Assembly: GCA_951406725.2 (NCBI GenBank)
Contig: OX597835.1
Span: 33,418,001 to 33,482,000 of the forward strand
From: Octopus vulgaris
Lineage: Eukaryota
Length of the DNA stretch: 64,000 nucleotides
Reading direction: 5' to 3'
The notes under the pieces were generated by a model. That model saw only the letters and a program-made list of their open reading frames with translations. It had not been told where the DNA came from and searched no databases. Made by a program: the position numbers and the translations under genes. Positions 26,060 through 41,189 of the stretch are shown one piece after another (position 1 is the first letter of the stretch; the number at the start of each line of letters is the position of its first letter).

Positions 26060-27232
26060 TTACAGGTAAACCCATATCCGACTGTTTAAAAATATTTCAA
26101 CTGGGATTTGTATCGACTTCTCTTAGAAATAGACATAATTTGTTATCGTGGTGTTATCAAGTAACTTCAGAAGAAAGAGTTTAGTCCCCAATAACATTCA
26201 TGCAGACATAGTTACGTCATTAGGGGAGGGCACTCCAGCTTTATCAGCAGTGCAAAAATGGGCAGTTGAATTTAGAAGGGAGACTCGTGAAGATTACTAA
26301 AAGTGTGGACGTCCTGCAACTGCCACCACCGATGAAAACACCGATGATCGTCTTTACGTGGTGATGGGTGACATGCGATTGAGTGTAAATCAAATAGTCC
26401 TTGCTATTAGCATATCCCGTGAGAGAGTTAAGAATATTCTAATATTCTGCACAATAAACTTAACATGACGAAGGTTTCTGCTCGGTGAGTGCCACGTCTT
26501 CTGAGACCTGATCAAAATCGCTTTTGCCTGGTCACATCACAGGAAAATCTGACACTGTTTGATTTGAGTTAGATCCAGCTGGTTTCCTTGAACGTTTTCT
26601 AAACCAGAGTGAGTATTAGGTTCATCACTTTGATCCAAAGAAACAATCCATGTAGTGGAAACACCTCTCATTACCTGCTTCAGTGAATGCCAAGTTCATT
26701 TCATCTACAGAGAAGGTGATGGCCTCAGCTTTGGGGACCGAAAAGGCATTGTGTTTATTCACCATCTTGAAAAGTGTCGCACCATTAATGGAGAGTAGTA
26801 TGCCAAATTACTGAAGCAGTCACAAGACCAAACACCTAGGAACACTAAGAAAAGGGGTCTTGTTTCATCAGGACAATGCTCTCGCATGCAAGTCCTTCGT
26901 TTCAATAGCTGCTCTGCATGACTGTCGCTTTGAACTTGTTGATCAACCTCTCTTTACCTCATTAGGTCCCATCTGACTATCATCTGTTCCCCAATACGAT
27001 AAACAAAACCACTTGGCTGGGCCCAGCATCGTAGTAATGATGACATCATATCTGCTCTCGATGAACTTTTTTTCTAACAGGATGAAATCTTCTATACCAA
27101 TGGGGTCAAAGCACTGCAACACTGATGGGAAAATGGATTTGAAGAGGGACCATGTTGAAAAATAAACCTCATTTGGTCCTATTCCATGAAAATATCTTGC
27201 TCATCTTATGAACATTTCAGCCGACTCTTGTA
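26060..27232 (+). mobile_element. Mariner transposon relic
   Basis: GRPATAT, KVSAR*VPRLL, FHQDNA and PSDYHLFP motifs. Right TIR ...gaacatttcagccgactcttg-TA. Confidence 0.88.
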
Positions 27233-27244
27233 TTCATAGACGGT

Positions 27245-27350
27245 TATAATACAACCGTGGATCCCTAATTAACTAATTTACTTACGTGGACCCCACCAAA
27301 TATTATATGGACCGCCAGGGAAACATGTGGACCCCGGTTGAGAACCACTG
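27245..27350 (-). mobile_element. hAT/Charlie-like MITE end
   Basis: The minus strand begins cagtggttctcaaccggggtcc. Confidence 0.5.
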
Positions 27351-27642
27351 CATTAAGTCATCGAAAATTATGATTCGTAATCTGATAAACAATATTCTAG
27401 AAACGTGTGGGATTTGACAAATACGAGATAAGTTGATGGCAAAGATGGTATTACCCCTTTTAAAACATTGCGTCTTAAATTCCATCAATAGAGCATCACT
27501 AGCAAAACCTTACAAGTCGCAAACATTATTTCCACTAACCAAAATAACTTTAGAGTACATCGACACAAAATATACAGTGTTGGGCAAATTCAAATTATAT
27601 AAACCTCCTAATATAATAGTAAGCGTAATGTTTTTATATGTT

Positions 27643-27696
<54 letters not shown>

Positions 27697-27833
27697 CATA
27701 CAAATATACACAGGTTCGTGTGTCACATAGCTAGCTAGAGGCGATTGCCTCTTGGAGTTAATCAACGACAGAATTCGTCCTATATTTCTGGACTGCTATA
27801 TTAGCTTGGCGATAACTATTAATATGTATGTAT

Positions 27834-27871
<38 letters not shown>

Positions 27872-27957
27872 ATACATACATAATAATGTGTATATATATA
27901 TATATATTCATATATAATGAGTATATATATATATATATATATATTCATATATATACA

Positions 27958-28043
<86 letters not shown>

Positions 28044-28260
28044 TATATGCATATAAATGTCCAGAATCACGGCGGACGCAGAGGAGAGAAAATAATTAAG
28101 TGAAGAAGTGAGAGTAATAGCCCTGGATGACAGGGAGCGAAAGAAAGTAATAGCAATGAAAGAAAGGAAGGGCTGATAGATAAATTTGGAAGGAAGGAAG
28201 GAAAGAAGGAAGGGGTGAAAAATATCACCGTTTCAATTGTTTGTTCAAATGTTCGTATGT

Positions 28261-28315
<55 letters not shown>

Positions 28316-28434
28316 ATTTTCAAGATACTGTTTTATTCAACATAATGCATAACGGTTTTTCAGTTTATAGTTTATATTTTCTTTACCTTCTAGCTCAAAA
28401 CATCTTGGATAATCTATTGCAAATATCGCTGGTG

Positions 28435-28466
<32 letters not shown>

Positions 28467-28692
28467 GGTAGTGGTGGTGGTTCTGGTTGTCACTGCTACT
28501 TTGCGTGTCTAAACTCCCGGATTATCTCCCTTGAGTTTCCTTAGTTTAGAAACGATGGAAATTTTCTGAAAAGTTTGCATTTTAAGAAATTTTATTTCCC
28601 TATTTATATGCATACATATATGTGGCAATGCGTGAGAGCGTACGTGAATGTGTATTTGTGTATACACACACACACACACTGAAGTGTGTATG

Positions 28693-28797
<105 letters not shown>

Positions 28798-29079
28798 GAG
28801 AGTGCGGGTGCGCTTACGTTCTATTGTCTTTAAGTTCTATTGTCAATAAAAATGAAGAAATGTGACGTGAGATATTTACAAATTCCTATATTTCTGAAGG
28901 GAGTTTTAAAACCTCCGAAATAGAAATAAACGATACGAACAAAAGAAAGGGGCATTTGAACAATTTATATTCTCTGCATATACACACATTTGTGTGTGCG
29001 TGTGTGTGTGTGAGTATGAACGTATCTATATTTGTCTTTCCCTCTCTTTCACTCTATACCTCTATTTTCAATCTATGTA

Positions 29080-29134
<55 letters not shown>

Positions 29135-29253
29135 TTGTTTCAGCTCAGAGCTGCGGCCATGCTGATGCACCGCCGTTTTGTGCTACACTGTTATTACGAA
29201 GAGCCTCGGTGAAGACTGATATATATAAATATATATAAATATATAATGATATA

Positions 29254-29294
<41 letters not shown>

Positions 29295-29311
29295 ATATAT
29301 GTGTGTATATA

Positions 29312-29358
<47 letters not shown>

Positions 29359-29669
29359 ATTTAAATAAAATAAATTAATTTATTTTACCTGTTCATAATA
29401 CACCTCACTAGGATCCCGACCTTTCGGATATTCTGGTGTATACCAAATACCGTACGTCCTATACAATGTACACTTTATGATTAACCCTTATTCTATTAAA
29501 ATACTCATAAATATTAAATTCCCTGTATACATAACCCGAATATTTCACTGGATGTATTCCTGTAACCAGGATATTTATTCGTGTAAAGTTACTTTTTACA
29601 AGTTAATTCGACACAACTTGGTGCCTATCTTTTAAATACCTGATTCGTTTGAATCATTAATATTGTATG

Positions 29670-30961
29670 TATCTGGTTGAGTAAAAAGTAAGCAAACTTT
29701 TGAACCGTGAAGAATTTGTACTGGATTTTTGCAATTTTGAATGCTTTTAAACACTCTTTTGAAATTGTTTGAACGGCCTATACGGTCCGAAACCTATCAA
29801 AGTTATCAATACAGACATAGACTTGTCCAAATGCATCAATAAATTAACATTGATACTTTTTTCACCCTTGTTACAATGATCTGTCAAAGCGTGATATTCG
29901 AGCAATTTCAACTTCAAAACAGGACGTAAGGCAGTTGAAACTGTTTGCAGTATCAACGAAACGTTTTGTGACGAAATGACCCCTGTGTGGGCAGCTCGAA
30001 AATGGCTTAAACTATTTCATAGTGGAGACCTGAGCTTTGAAGTTCGTGAGCGTAGTGGACGCTCATCTGTCATCGATGACGGTCAATTAAAGACCGCCAT
30101 TGAGAAAGATCCACGTAAAACCACTCAAGAACTGGTAAAAGAACTTCAGGTTAGCCAGAAAATTGCTTGACAAACATTTGCATGCGATCGGAAAATCAAA
30201 AACCTCGATAAATGGGTACCACACGATTTGAAAGAAAATCAGAAAATGCGCAGATGTGAAATTTGCTGGACACTTCTTCTCCTTTACCAGACCAATGCAT
30301 TTCTCCATCGTGATGTAACTTGCGCTGAAAAGTGGATTCTGTACAATAATAAAAAAAGTTCTTCTCGGTGGTTGGACCAAAATGAAGCACTGAAAATTTC
30401 CCTAAACCCGAGCTCTTCACAAAGTAGGTTATAGAGAATGTTTAGTGGTGTACTCCCTGACTCATATGCACAATAACTTTTAAACCTGGAAAAACCATTA
30501 CTGTAGCAAAATATTGCTATGAAATTGTCAAAATCAACGAAAGACTGCTACTCCTCCGTCCCAGACTGGTCAACAGAAGAGGGCCAATCCTATTTTCATG
30601 ATAATGTTCAACCACAGGTTTCACTAATGACGCTCCAGAAGTTGATGGAAGTTGGCTACGAGGTTCTTCTCCACCCAGCTTATTCACCAGACTTTTCTCC
30701 TACCGAATACCACTTTTTGAAGCACTTTCATGGTTTCCTGCGATAGAAGGAGTTCAGAAATCAAACCGATGTTGAAAGTGCGTTCAAAGAGTTCATCAGC
30801 TCCAGAACTCCAGATTTTTATGCTATCGGAATAAATAAACGTGTAACACGTTGGCAAAAATTTGTCGCTGGTAATGGTACTTATTTTGATGAATATAATT
30901 TCTGCATTTGTTGAAATATATTGTGGTGAATTTCATGCTTCAAAACGTTGCTTACATTTAC
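29670..30961 (+). mobile_element. Full-length decayed mariner (DD34D-type) element
   Basis: Matching TIRs gtaaaaagtaagcaaacttttgaa / ttcaaaacgttgcttacatttac. Motifs RSGR, WVPHDL, VTCAEKWILYNN, HDN and HPAYSPDFSPTEYHF, with stops and frameshifts. Confidence 0.93.
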
Positions 30962-31196
30962 ACACACACAGATATACATATATATATATGTTGTGGGTTA
31001 AAAGACTACCAATGGTTTCATGTAGAGAGACATCTAACGACAATGTTCAGGCTTGCCACATAGAACGTTGGTACACGTCTCCATCTTCGAGGGAACACAA
31101 TGGCCGTCTTCTTAACTAGCAAATAAAGAATATTTATCCACCAATGACATGTTGCGCACTAACGTTCACTGTTCGATATTAGTGAGAGAATATATA

Positions 31197-31371
<175 letters not shown>

Positions 31372-31857
31372 CCGCCTATTTTTCGCACAGATTTTCAAAG
31401 CTTCATTATTAATTGTGTAGATATATAGATATGACGAAAATGGAGGGACATATGTCAGAAAGTACGTTTTATTTTCTGTGTTTGTTGCAAAAACAAAAAT
31501 CTAGAATTGACACAAGGCCAAACTAAACCCAATGGAAACAATTTTCGCATATGAAATGCTAAAGGAAAAATTGAATGTTCAAAGAATTCTAAAGATGAGT
31601 TATAGATAAATAAAAAGATAATAAAGTCTGGTTGATTAAACTTAAAGTTTGGTTGATTGATCTTAGTTTATGTGCAATATTAATCTGTACTGATAAGTAT
31701 ATGTATACGCATCTAAGTATATACAGATGTTGGTATGTACATATATGTCTGTGTATGTGTGTGTATGTGTTTGTTTATGTATGGTATAAATATACCTTTA
31801 TGTACACATATACAAGCATATCTTTATATATATATAACTTATATATATATATATATC

Positions 31858-31939
<82 letters not shown>

Positions 31940-32136
31940 TCATATATATGTGTGTGTGTATATATACTTTTATATTATGCTTACAGGTCTATATATACAT
32001 ACACGTATGTGCATATGTGCATTTGTATATATGCATTTGCGCATATGTACATATACATATATATGTGTGTGTGTGTGTGTGTGTATACTTATTCGGTTGT
32101 ATACATGCGTACGTGTGTTAATAAATCTTCGTACTC

Positions 32137-32530
32137 TATGCACAAGCCCTGAAAATTCCTGGGGAGCGGATGGATCGATTGCATCGTCCCCGGCGCTCGT
32201 CTCTTATTTATATTATCGACCCCAAAAGGATAATAGGCAAAGTAGACGCCGGTGAAAATTGAACTCTAAACATATATACGGATGGACGAAACACCGCTCA
32301 ACATTTTACACGGTGTGATAACGATTCTGCCCTATGTACAAGCCCTGAAAATTCCCGGGGAGCGGACGAGTCGATTACATCGTCCCTGGCGCTCGTCTGT
32401 TATTTACATTATCGACTCCAATTGGATAATAGGCAAAGCAGACCCCGTTGAAATTTGAACTCGAAACGTATATACGGATGGACGAAACACCGCTCAACAT
32501 TTTTGCCGCTGTTCGAACGATTCTGCCAGA
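32137..32530 (-). mobile_element. Tandem dimer of SINE family B (about 195-bp unit)
   Basis: Two head-to-tail units share private features such as atatacggatggacgaaacaccgctcaacatttt. Confidence 0.85.
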
Positions 32531-32993
32531 ACGTCGCCTTTACATGCGGCAATAACTATATCTACAATGATGCTATTTTGCAGAACGCTGCCAACACAGA
32601 ACAATCCCTCAACTTCCACACGCCAACAATCTATAAAACTTATAAACTTTCAGATATTGGTGAAAATCTAAGACAATTACAATTACAGGTATCACGCAAA
32701 CACCATTTCCTTGTTCATGTTAAATGAAATGATACAGTTCTAACAACTACACGAAGCTGGCTAGATTCTATTACACACGCAACCACAAACACACACACAC
32801 ACACACACAAGAGCAAGTAGACATACAAATACCGTTCTTCATATAATGTCTCTGTGTGTGTGAGTGTGGCTTTTGTTTGTGACGTTATAATTTTAATAGG
32901 TTTATAGTTGCATTTTGAAACATAACTATAAATTTATTAGATAATCTAGATTTAGGGAAACATATTGAAGGTAGTTATATAGTTCGGTACTTG

Positions 32994-33225
32994 AGGTGGC
33001 GAGCTGGCAGAACCGTTAGCACGCCGGGCGAAATGCTTTGCAGTATTTCGTCTGCCGTTACGTTGTCAGTTCAAATTCCGCCGAGATCGACTTTGCCTTT
33101 CATCCTTTCGGGGTCGATAAATTAAGTACTAGTTAAGCACTGGGGTCGATTTAATCGACTTAATCCCTTTATCTGTCCTTGTTTGTCCCCTCTGTGTTTA
33201 GCCCCTTGTGGGTAGCAAAGAAATA
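32994..33225 (+). mobile_element. Full SINE family B with 18-bp TSD
   Basis: tggcagaaccgtta A box, gttcaaattcc B box, gcctttcatcctttcggggtcgataaa core. TSD tatatagttcggtacttg at 32976-32993 and 33226-33243. Confidence 0.95.
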
Positions 33226-33641
33226 TATATAGTTCGGTACTTGGGGCAGGCGCATGGTTTTATGATTAGGTTCTCGATCGTAAGGTCGTGAGTTCGATAA
33301 CCAGCAGCACGTCTTGTCCTCGAGCGAGACACTTTATTTCACGTTGCTCCCCTCCACCCTGCTGGGGAACATCTGTAGTACCAGTAATGCAGAACACAAG
33401 ACGCGTCACATTTTTTTGTCAGACTGAATTTCCTTGAGATCTACGTTAAGGGTATTGATATTGCTTCTGTCACTAATATATCATCTACTGAGTTATCCAC
33501 CCTTTGATATGTTTTGTTTTTCATCTTGCAAGTAGCTCATCAAATATTTTACCGGGCATGGGAGGATGGTCAGTTCGGTCACCGACTATCTGACAGGTTG
33601 CAATGGGTCACATGTTACCAATAGCACGAAGACTTGCTAGC

Positions 33642-33691
<50 letters not shown>

Positions 33692-33697
33692 GGAGAA

Positions 33698-33744
<47 letters not shown>

Positions 33745-33748
33745 TACA

Positions 33749-33781
<33 letters not shown>

Positions 33782-33842
33782 ACAGGCAGATAGGTAGGTA
33801 GGTAGGCAGGTAGGTAGGTAGGTAGGTAGGTAGGTAGGGAAG

Positions 33843-35091
33843 TATCTGGTCATTAAGAATGAAATGTCGATTTTGAACTGAAGGTTTTTATTTTATTTTA
33901 TCTCTACAGAAAGCAATGCAGTTAATCAAAGTATGCGACTAAATTATAAACACAATTTTGCCATATTTTCGCTAGTTTATTTATGCTATCAGCGAAGAAT
34001 TCTGGAGATCAAGAGGTGGTGAGATCACTAAAGGCTGTTTTTTGCATCTTCTTCAGTTTTGAATTTTTTTTCCATACAAAAAGTTGTCTAATGCCTGGAA
34101 GATGTGAAAGTGAGTTGGTGCAAGGTCTGTTGAATATGGTTCGTGTAAATTGAGCAGCGTTCTTTGTGCAACATGTGGTCAAGCATTGTCTTGCAAAAGA
34201 ATTGGCCTCTCTCAGTTGACCAATCTTGGTTGTTTAATTGCAAGTGCACTCGTTATTTCTTCCAATTGGTTGATGTATACATCCACTGTAATTGACTAAA
34301 CCAGGTCTCATGCAGCTGTTGTGGAAGACACAAGCACTGGACACCATTAGCGTTTTTTTTTTCGGTGAACATTCATTTTTGAATTGTGTTTTGCACTTCA
34401 TAATTCTATCAACCACCGTGCAGAGCGCTTATTCTTGTTGAAAAGAATCCAACACACTTAACAATGCAATGCAAAAATGGTTCGCTTTTATGACGTGACA
34501 ACAGAGAACAGCAAGATACAAAAACGATGTGTGTCATTTGATGCTGGTTCAATACCTGTGGTATCAACTTGTGCAGCCTCTTTACCTTGCCGATCTGTTT
34601 CAGATGGTCCAATACAGTTGGAATAGAAACATCAAATCTTGCTTCTAACTCACGCGTAGTTTGAGAATATATCCGCTTCCTCTAAGATTCCAGCTCATCA
34701 TTATCCACTTTGGTCTTATGGTCTACCAAGGGGCTGATTTTCAAGAGTAAAGTCACCAGACTGGAACTTCTCAAACCATCGACGTGCAGTGTGCTCATTT
34801 GCCACATCTCCACCTCATTGATGTTTCGAGCTCTCTCGGATACATTGGTCCCACGATGGAACTCATACTCATAAAAAACACGAATTTTTTTATCTCTCCA
34901 TGGGTTCACAAAAATTGATTTACAAGAGAAAAATCACAATATAATCAGACACCATGGACTGCATTTCGAAACGTGATGAAGTAACTCTTCATTGTTGTAA
35001 AACAACAATTATCGGGATAAAACATTAAAGTTACTGACTGTCAAACTTGGTGCTTAAGAAAACCGAACATTTCATTCTTAATGACCTGATA
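33843..35091 (-). mobile_element. Full-length decayed mariner element
   Basis: TIRs TA-tctggtcattaagaatgaaatgt / acatttcattcttaatgacctga-TA. Transposase remnants YEFHRG, HLKQIGKVK and LQDNA. Confidence 0.9.
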
Positions 35092-35339
35092 GGAAGTCAG
35101 GTAGATATAGATAGATAGAGAGAGAGCGAGAGAGAAACAGAGAGAGAGAGATAAATAGATAGATAGATAGATAGATAGATACATACATACATACATACAT
35201 ACATACATACATACATACATACATACATACATACCTAGAGCGAGAAAGAGAGAGACATACATACACTCATTGTGCATGCAAATATTCATGCACATTTATA
35301 TACGTACGGAGATGATTCTATTGAAAGTACTTCAAACAG

Positions 35340-36000
35340 ATTGATATAATGTTTAGTCACGTAACGTCAAGGTAAACGTAGATCATTATCAGATATTTGT
35401 TCCGTTTCTTATCTCTAATGACTTCGCTAAGCTTTTTTGAGTCTCAATGTAGCATTCGCTATTCACAGTACAGCTACATTGCAGAAAATACAAAGGAGTG
35501 ACATCTTTGTTGCCCTCCCTGTAAACAGTCACCATGATTTACTATACCGATCGCTGGCTCTTGGACTTTTTAGACCATAGAGAAGAGGTGTGAGGACATT
35601 TTATTTCATTGGCTTCGAACTCTTCAAATCAGACTTCTGCAGTTCTCTTCTTCAAATCGAGGGTCTACTAATATCGTACCTACTTTGCGCGTGTTTTCTT
35701 ATACACCAAGTATTCCAGTTTATTTATCAATGAGTGTAACCACCGATCAGTTGTGCAGCAAGCTGCCAGATTGTATATCATCTCTCCGCTCGAACCATAT
35801 CGTCCACCCGCTGGCGATTCGTGTCAGTGAATACAGTTAATGGACTCCCATTGCGTGGTTTATCTTTAATACTGTTTTCTCCTTATTTTAACTTTTTCAT
35901 TCATCTGTGTACGATGCTTTTGTCCATTATGTCATCGCCGTTTACAATCTGTAGCTTTCTCGCTGAAATTGCACATGTAAATGGACTATTTCTACAATAG
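35340..36000 (-). mobile_element. Highly decayed mariner transposase fragment
   Basis: Minus strand KDKPRNGSP..T and TVNSECYIET segments. Confidence 0.6.
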
Positions 36001-36061
36001 TATGCCAAATGTCACATTCACCTTTAAATAAATAATATTCTTTCACTGTGCTTAACACTTT

Positions 36062-36340
36062 TCAGTGGACTCGCGGTCGGAGGATCACAGTTTCGATTCC
36101 CAGACCGGGCGTTGTGTGTGTTTATTGAGCGAAAACACCTAAAGCTCCACGAGGCTCTGGCAGGGGGGGGGGGGTGACCCCTGTTCTACTTTTTCGTCCC
36201 AACTTTCACTCTTTCTTCCTGTTTCTTGTGTAACACAGCGATGGACTGGCGTCCCGTCCAGCTGGGTGGAACACATACACCATAGAAACCGGAAAACCGG
36301 ACCCATGAGTCTGGCTAGGCTTGAAAAGGGGGCATAAATA
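36062..36340 (+). mobile_element. SINE with V-domain-like block
   Basis: B box gtttcgattccc and gcgatggactggcgtcccgtccag block. Paralog at 50105-50365. Confidence 0.75.
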
Positions 36341-36476
36341 TATTTTAAAAATCCCTTTTCAGTACTCTTTTCGCATAATAACATTTCACAGCAGTGTAAG
36401 CAATTTGAAATCACTACTTCAGGTACAAACATACACATAAGCACACATAATCGTACGCACACAATTCTATGCTTCG

Positions 36477-36542
<66 letters not shown>

Positions 36543-36759
36543 CTCTTTATGTATGAACAGACCAAGTGCTAGCAAAAATTGGAATTGTTATTTTCTCATA
36601 ACTAATTTTGCTTTTTAAACAGAATTTTATGCACATAAAATATTCGTATTCACAAAAACCGGAATCTCTTCAGATTCTCACTTACTTTCATATTGTCGCT
36701 GTTTCCTCTCCAGTACAACACCCCGAGATAACGTAATTGCTTTGCCGTCATTTAGCTAT

Positions 36760-36920
36760 ATTGCCATGGCAACAATAACTGTTTGTTTAAATCACAACAA
36801 CACTAGAGTCAGGTGAGATATCATTTACGTGTTGGCAACAAACATTTGGATTAAACGAAACACACTCTCATCAAGATGACCTTCACTTAAAGACGGTCAC
36901 ATTTCTGTTGTCATAGAAAC
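36760..36920. promoter_or_regulatory. Pair of RFX X-box-like motifs
   Basis: attgccatggcaac (36760-36773) and gttgtcatagaaac (36907-36920) in non-repetitive sequence. Confidence 0.4.
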
Positions 36921-37977
36921 GTGAACGAGTCTGAGAAGAGAATGTGTTTTGGAAATGTCGAAGAATATTTGTTTAATCAAAAAAGGAAATATTACAAAAG
37001 CTGTGAATGGTGGAAGAACGGATGAGAATGTGAATTTATTAAATCTGACCTCTGTGATGGTTATAATAATTTACAATGTTCAATAGAATGTGTAATGGAA
37101 GGAAGAGAAGCGAAACTTTGATTGAACATGCAATGTAAGATGATGAATTTCAATTTTATAGGATTCATTTAAAGATGTTGGAGATCAGCGGTTCTTGGAC
37201 AATTGATCTCTTACGTCACAAGTCTTTAATTAAAGTTGAATTAAAGTTGATGCTGAAAGGAAATGACAGCAAGACCTGTGAAATAAAATTTTAAAGTTTA
37301 ATATTCGTAACAGGAAGAGAAGTTTTGAAATTGAAATTGCGAGAGTAGAATCCATAATATAACGAAGGAGTCTCCAAGCGTTATAATTAACAGCAAATTG
37401 AACAAGTTCATCAAAGGATGCAAGCCAAGTATGTATTGCCTTTTAATTTATTATTCTGACAGCATGAAACAATTTTATCTCTCCATCCTAGTAATCTCTT
37501 ACCTGCAACCAATCAAGTTATAATAATTATAAACATCAAAATGCCATTAACGGCGTCAGGGACGTTTAACAAAGGAAGTTGCATATTATAAACATATTAA
37601 TAACAAATTACTGACTAGTGTTATGAAATAATACAGCGTTAGATATATAGTAATGCCGTATCGGTATATTTAACAGATATGAATACCGGATTGTTGATAA
37701 GAGGTGTAAAATATTAAGGCATTATTCATACGTGAATAGTATAGTGTTGATCAGTGCGGCGAAATAATTTCGAGGTCTCTGAAACTGGAGCAAATAGAAG
37801 CAGCGCTGTGAGATATATGGAATAAAATCTGTGTATGTGTAGACGTGGCTATGGGCGCAGGCGTGGCTGTGTGGTAAGATGCTTGCTTCCCAACCACCTG
37901 GTCCTGAATTCAATCCCACTGCACGGAAATTTAGGCACCTTCTGCTTCAGTTTCAGACCCACCGATTATTATTATTA

Positions 37978-38315
<338 letters not shown>

Positions 38316-38486
38316 GTTGTTGTTGTTGGTGGTGGTGAGTATGAGAGCAGTGCATGACACTAAAGTAACACGAGCAAAATATACGAAGTCCAGTATACGC
38401 TTCATGACTGCTCGTCTGGTAAGGGTGCACCAGGCACATGCATCACTAATATATGTGCGCGACATGGTGATCTCATATCAAGATTT

Positions 38487-38695
38487 TTCAATTCAATTCA
38501 ATTTTTATTGGCTCAAAAAGCAAAATCAATGCCATGTAGGGGGACAGGGAGTTATGTACAGGGGTGGTGGTCATACAAAGAGTTCAGGCCATTTCTGGTC
38601 AAGAGAGACTTTGAACCGAGCGGTCGTCGGCATCTTCACTATCTCGTCCGGCAGCTTATTCCATGGATCCGCAACCCGGACGGAGATGAAATCGT
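38487..38695 (-). mobile_element. CR1-type LINE 3' end
   Basis: SVRVADPWNKLPDEIVKMPTTARFKVSLDQKW, then AATAAA and a (TTGAA)n tail. Confidence 0.85.
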
Positions 38696-39000
38696 CGTAG
38701 ATAGAGCTTTTCGGAGAGACCGTAGATAAACAGCGCATGACGTGGCTATGATGTTCCCTGACTACTTCTTCTGATGAACAGAGTTGCTCATAACGTCGAC
38801 CATTAATTATTAATATTCCTGTTATTGTCTTCGTTGTTGCTTCGGTTTATAGAAGCTGCTCCGGGTTTTACTCAGAGACTCTTACTTAAGACGTAAGTTG
38901 AACGATTTATTGTGATTGTTATTTAGGATTAGCGATGATATATTGCAGCAAAATAAAATTCTGCTATATATTTTGTTGTAATGTTTGCGATCATCATGAA

Positions 39001-39058
<58 letters not shown>

Positions 39059-39090
39059 GTCATCATTCTATAATACATACAGACACGCAT

Positions 39091-39145
<55 letters not shown>

Positions 39146-40135
39146 TGCATGCATACATATGTGTGTGCGCGTGTGTGTATGTATGTATGTATGTATGTAT
39201 GAATATAAATGACGCCTAGGCGTGTGTGTCTTTGGCTCTATGTGTGTGGGCGTGTGTATTACATAAATATAACGTACATTAACACATATACACATATTTG
39301 AATTTGTATACAAACATACACACATATTTCTATATGTGTGTGTCTGTATATAGATATATACACATACATACATGTGTAAGTTAATATCTATCTCTATATA
39401 CATATATGTATATATATATGTATATACATATGTATATATATATACATATATATATACATGTATACCCATATATATATATATGCATGTATGTATGTATGTA
39501 TGTATGTATGTGTGTGTTTACAGATACAACTTCTTTGCAATGCAAAGTTGTAATTATAGTTTACCTGAGGTATTGTCTTTAGTAATTGTGTTTGGAATGG
39601 TTCTATTTAGGTAGAAGAAAAATCTAGTTATACTATCTCAAACAAGTTCGATCAAAATATATGATTGTAATTTTCACCTGTTCTGTGTTTCCATTTATAT
39701 ATGAGACAGTATTTCATCTCAAGCTTAACAACCATACATTTGTTGCTTGCTGTTCATATAATATATGTATATACATGTATCTCTGTGTTTGTAAGTGTGT
39801 GGGAAAGAGCGAGAGATTATGTATGTTCGTGTGCATGTGTATGTGAGGGAGAGAGAGAGATCCTCTGTTTCTGTGTGTGTGTATGTGTACATATATACAG
39901 AGATAAGTAAATTGCTAGTTATAGATATATCTATGCATATGTATGGTATGATATATATGTATTACAGAAATATTTCCATACGTGTTGAAAATCTGGATGT
40001 ATACATATATATATATATACAATTACATACACACACTCATACACTGACAAGCAAACACATATGTATAAAAATACATATATATATATACACATATGTATAT
40101 ATTTACATATATATACATGCATATATATACATATA

Positions 40136-40201
<66 letters not shown>

Positions 40202-40414
40202 CATACATACACATGCATTTGCAAACTCACGCACACACGCACATATATACATACGAATATATATTTATATATATAAATGCATAAATTCCTATATAGAGTG
40301 AACGAGAGATGAATATATATATATGTGTGTATGTACGTGTATGCATATCTTGAAATAGCAAATTTAAATATATATATGTATGTATACACACACGTATATA
40401 CATATATACATGCA

Positions 40415-40448
<34 letters not shown>

Positions 40449-40526
40449 CATACAAACATACATACATACTTACATTCATACATACATACATACATACATA
40501 CATACATACATACATACATACATACA

Positions 40527-40562
<36 letters not shown>

Positions 40563-41189
40563 TATTCTTCAACTTCTACAGATACAAACATCATTCTCCT
40601 TCTTATTTCATTCTATTGCGCAATTTTGCAGATTTGAACAAACAGTTGCTATCAATTGAGGAAAGTTGAAGTATCAATTTACTAACATTTTTTTTTTCTG
40701 TGCAATGGATTTAACGATGTGAGCTTGAAATATAAGTTTTGAAGCAAATATTTTTCTATTCATAAATGCTGAATTTTCATTAGCAATAGTTACATTTTAT
40801 GCTTTTGTATGCTTTTCACGTACAGTGCTGGGTAGAAAAACATATCCTATAATTTGACTTGACTAATAGAAAACACTACCTCTTCTTCGTAAGATAATTA
40901 CATAAATGATGGCATGATACATTATGATTTTCTGCAGCGACCCATCAAATGTCAAAGTACTGTTAACTAATCATATTTTGATGCGTTTGGAAATAAGTTT
41001 TCATATATTATCATGCTGTTTCCCTAATACGAATGATTAAATAGATAAACAAAACTCATCTTACAACAAGATATACACACTTAAACGATTGAATTTGTAC
41101 GCACAATCGATATCTAATACATGCATACATACATACACACATACGTACGAACATATATAATTGCATACGAATATACATATACATATATA

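Noticed and set aside
28380-28575. Splice-site-bounded block containing (CAA/CAC)n
   Set aside because: All three minus frames are closed, and the plus frame is mostly trinucleotide repeat.
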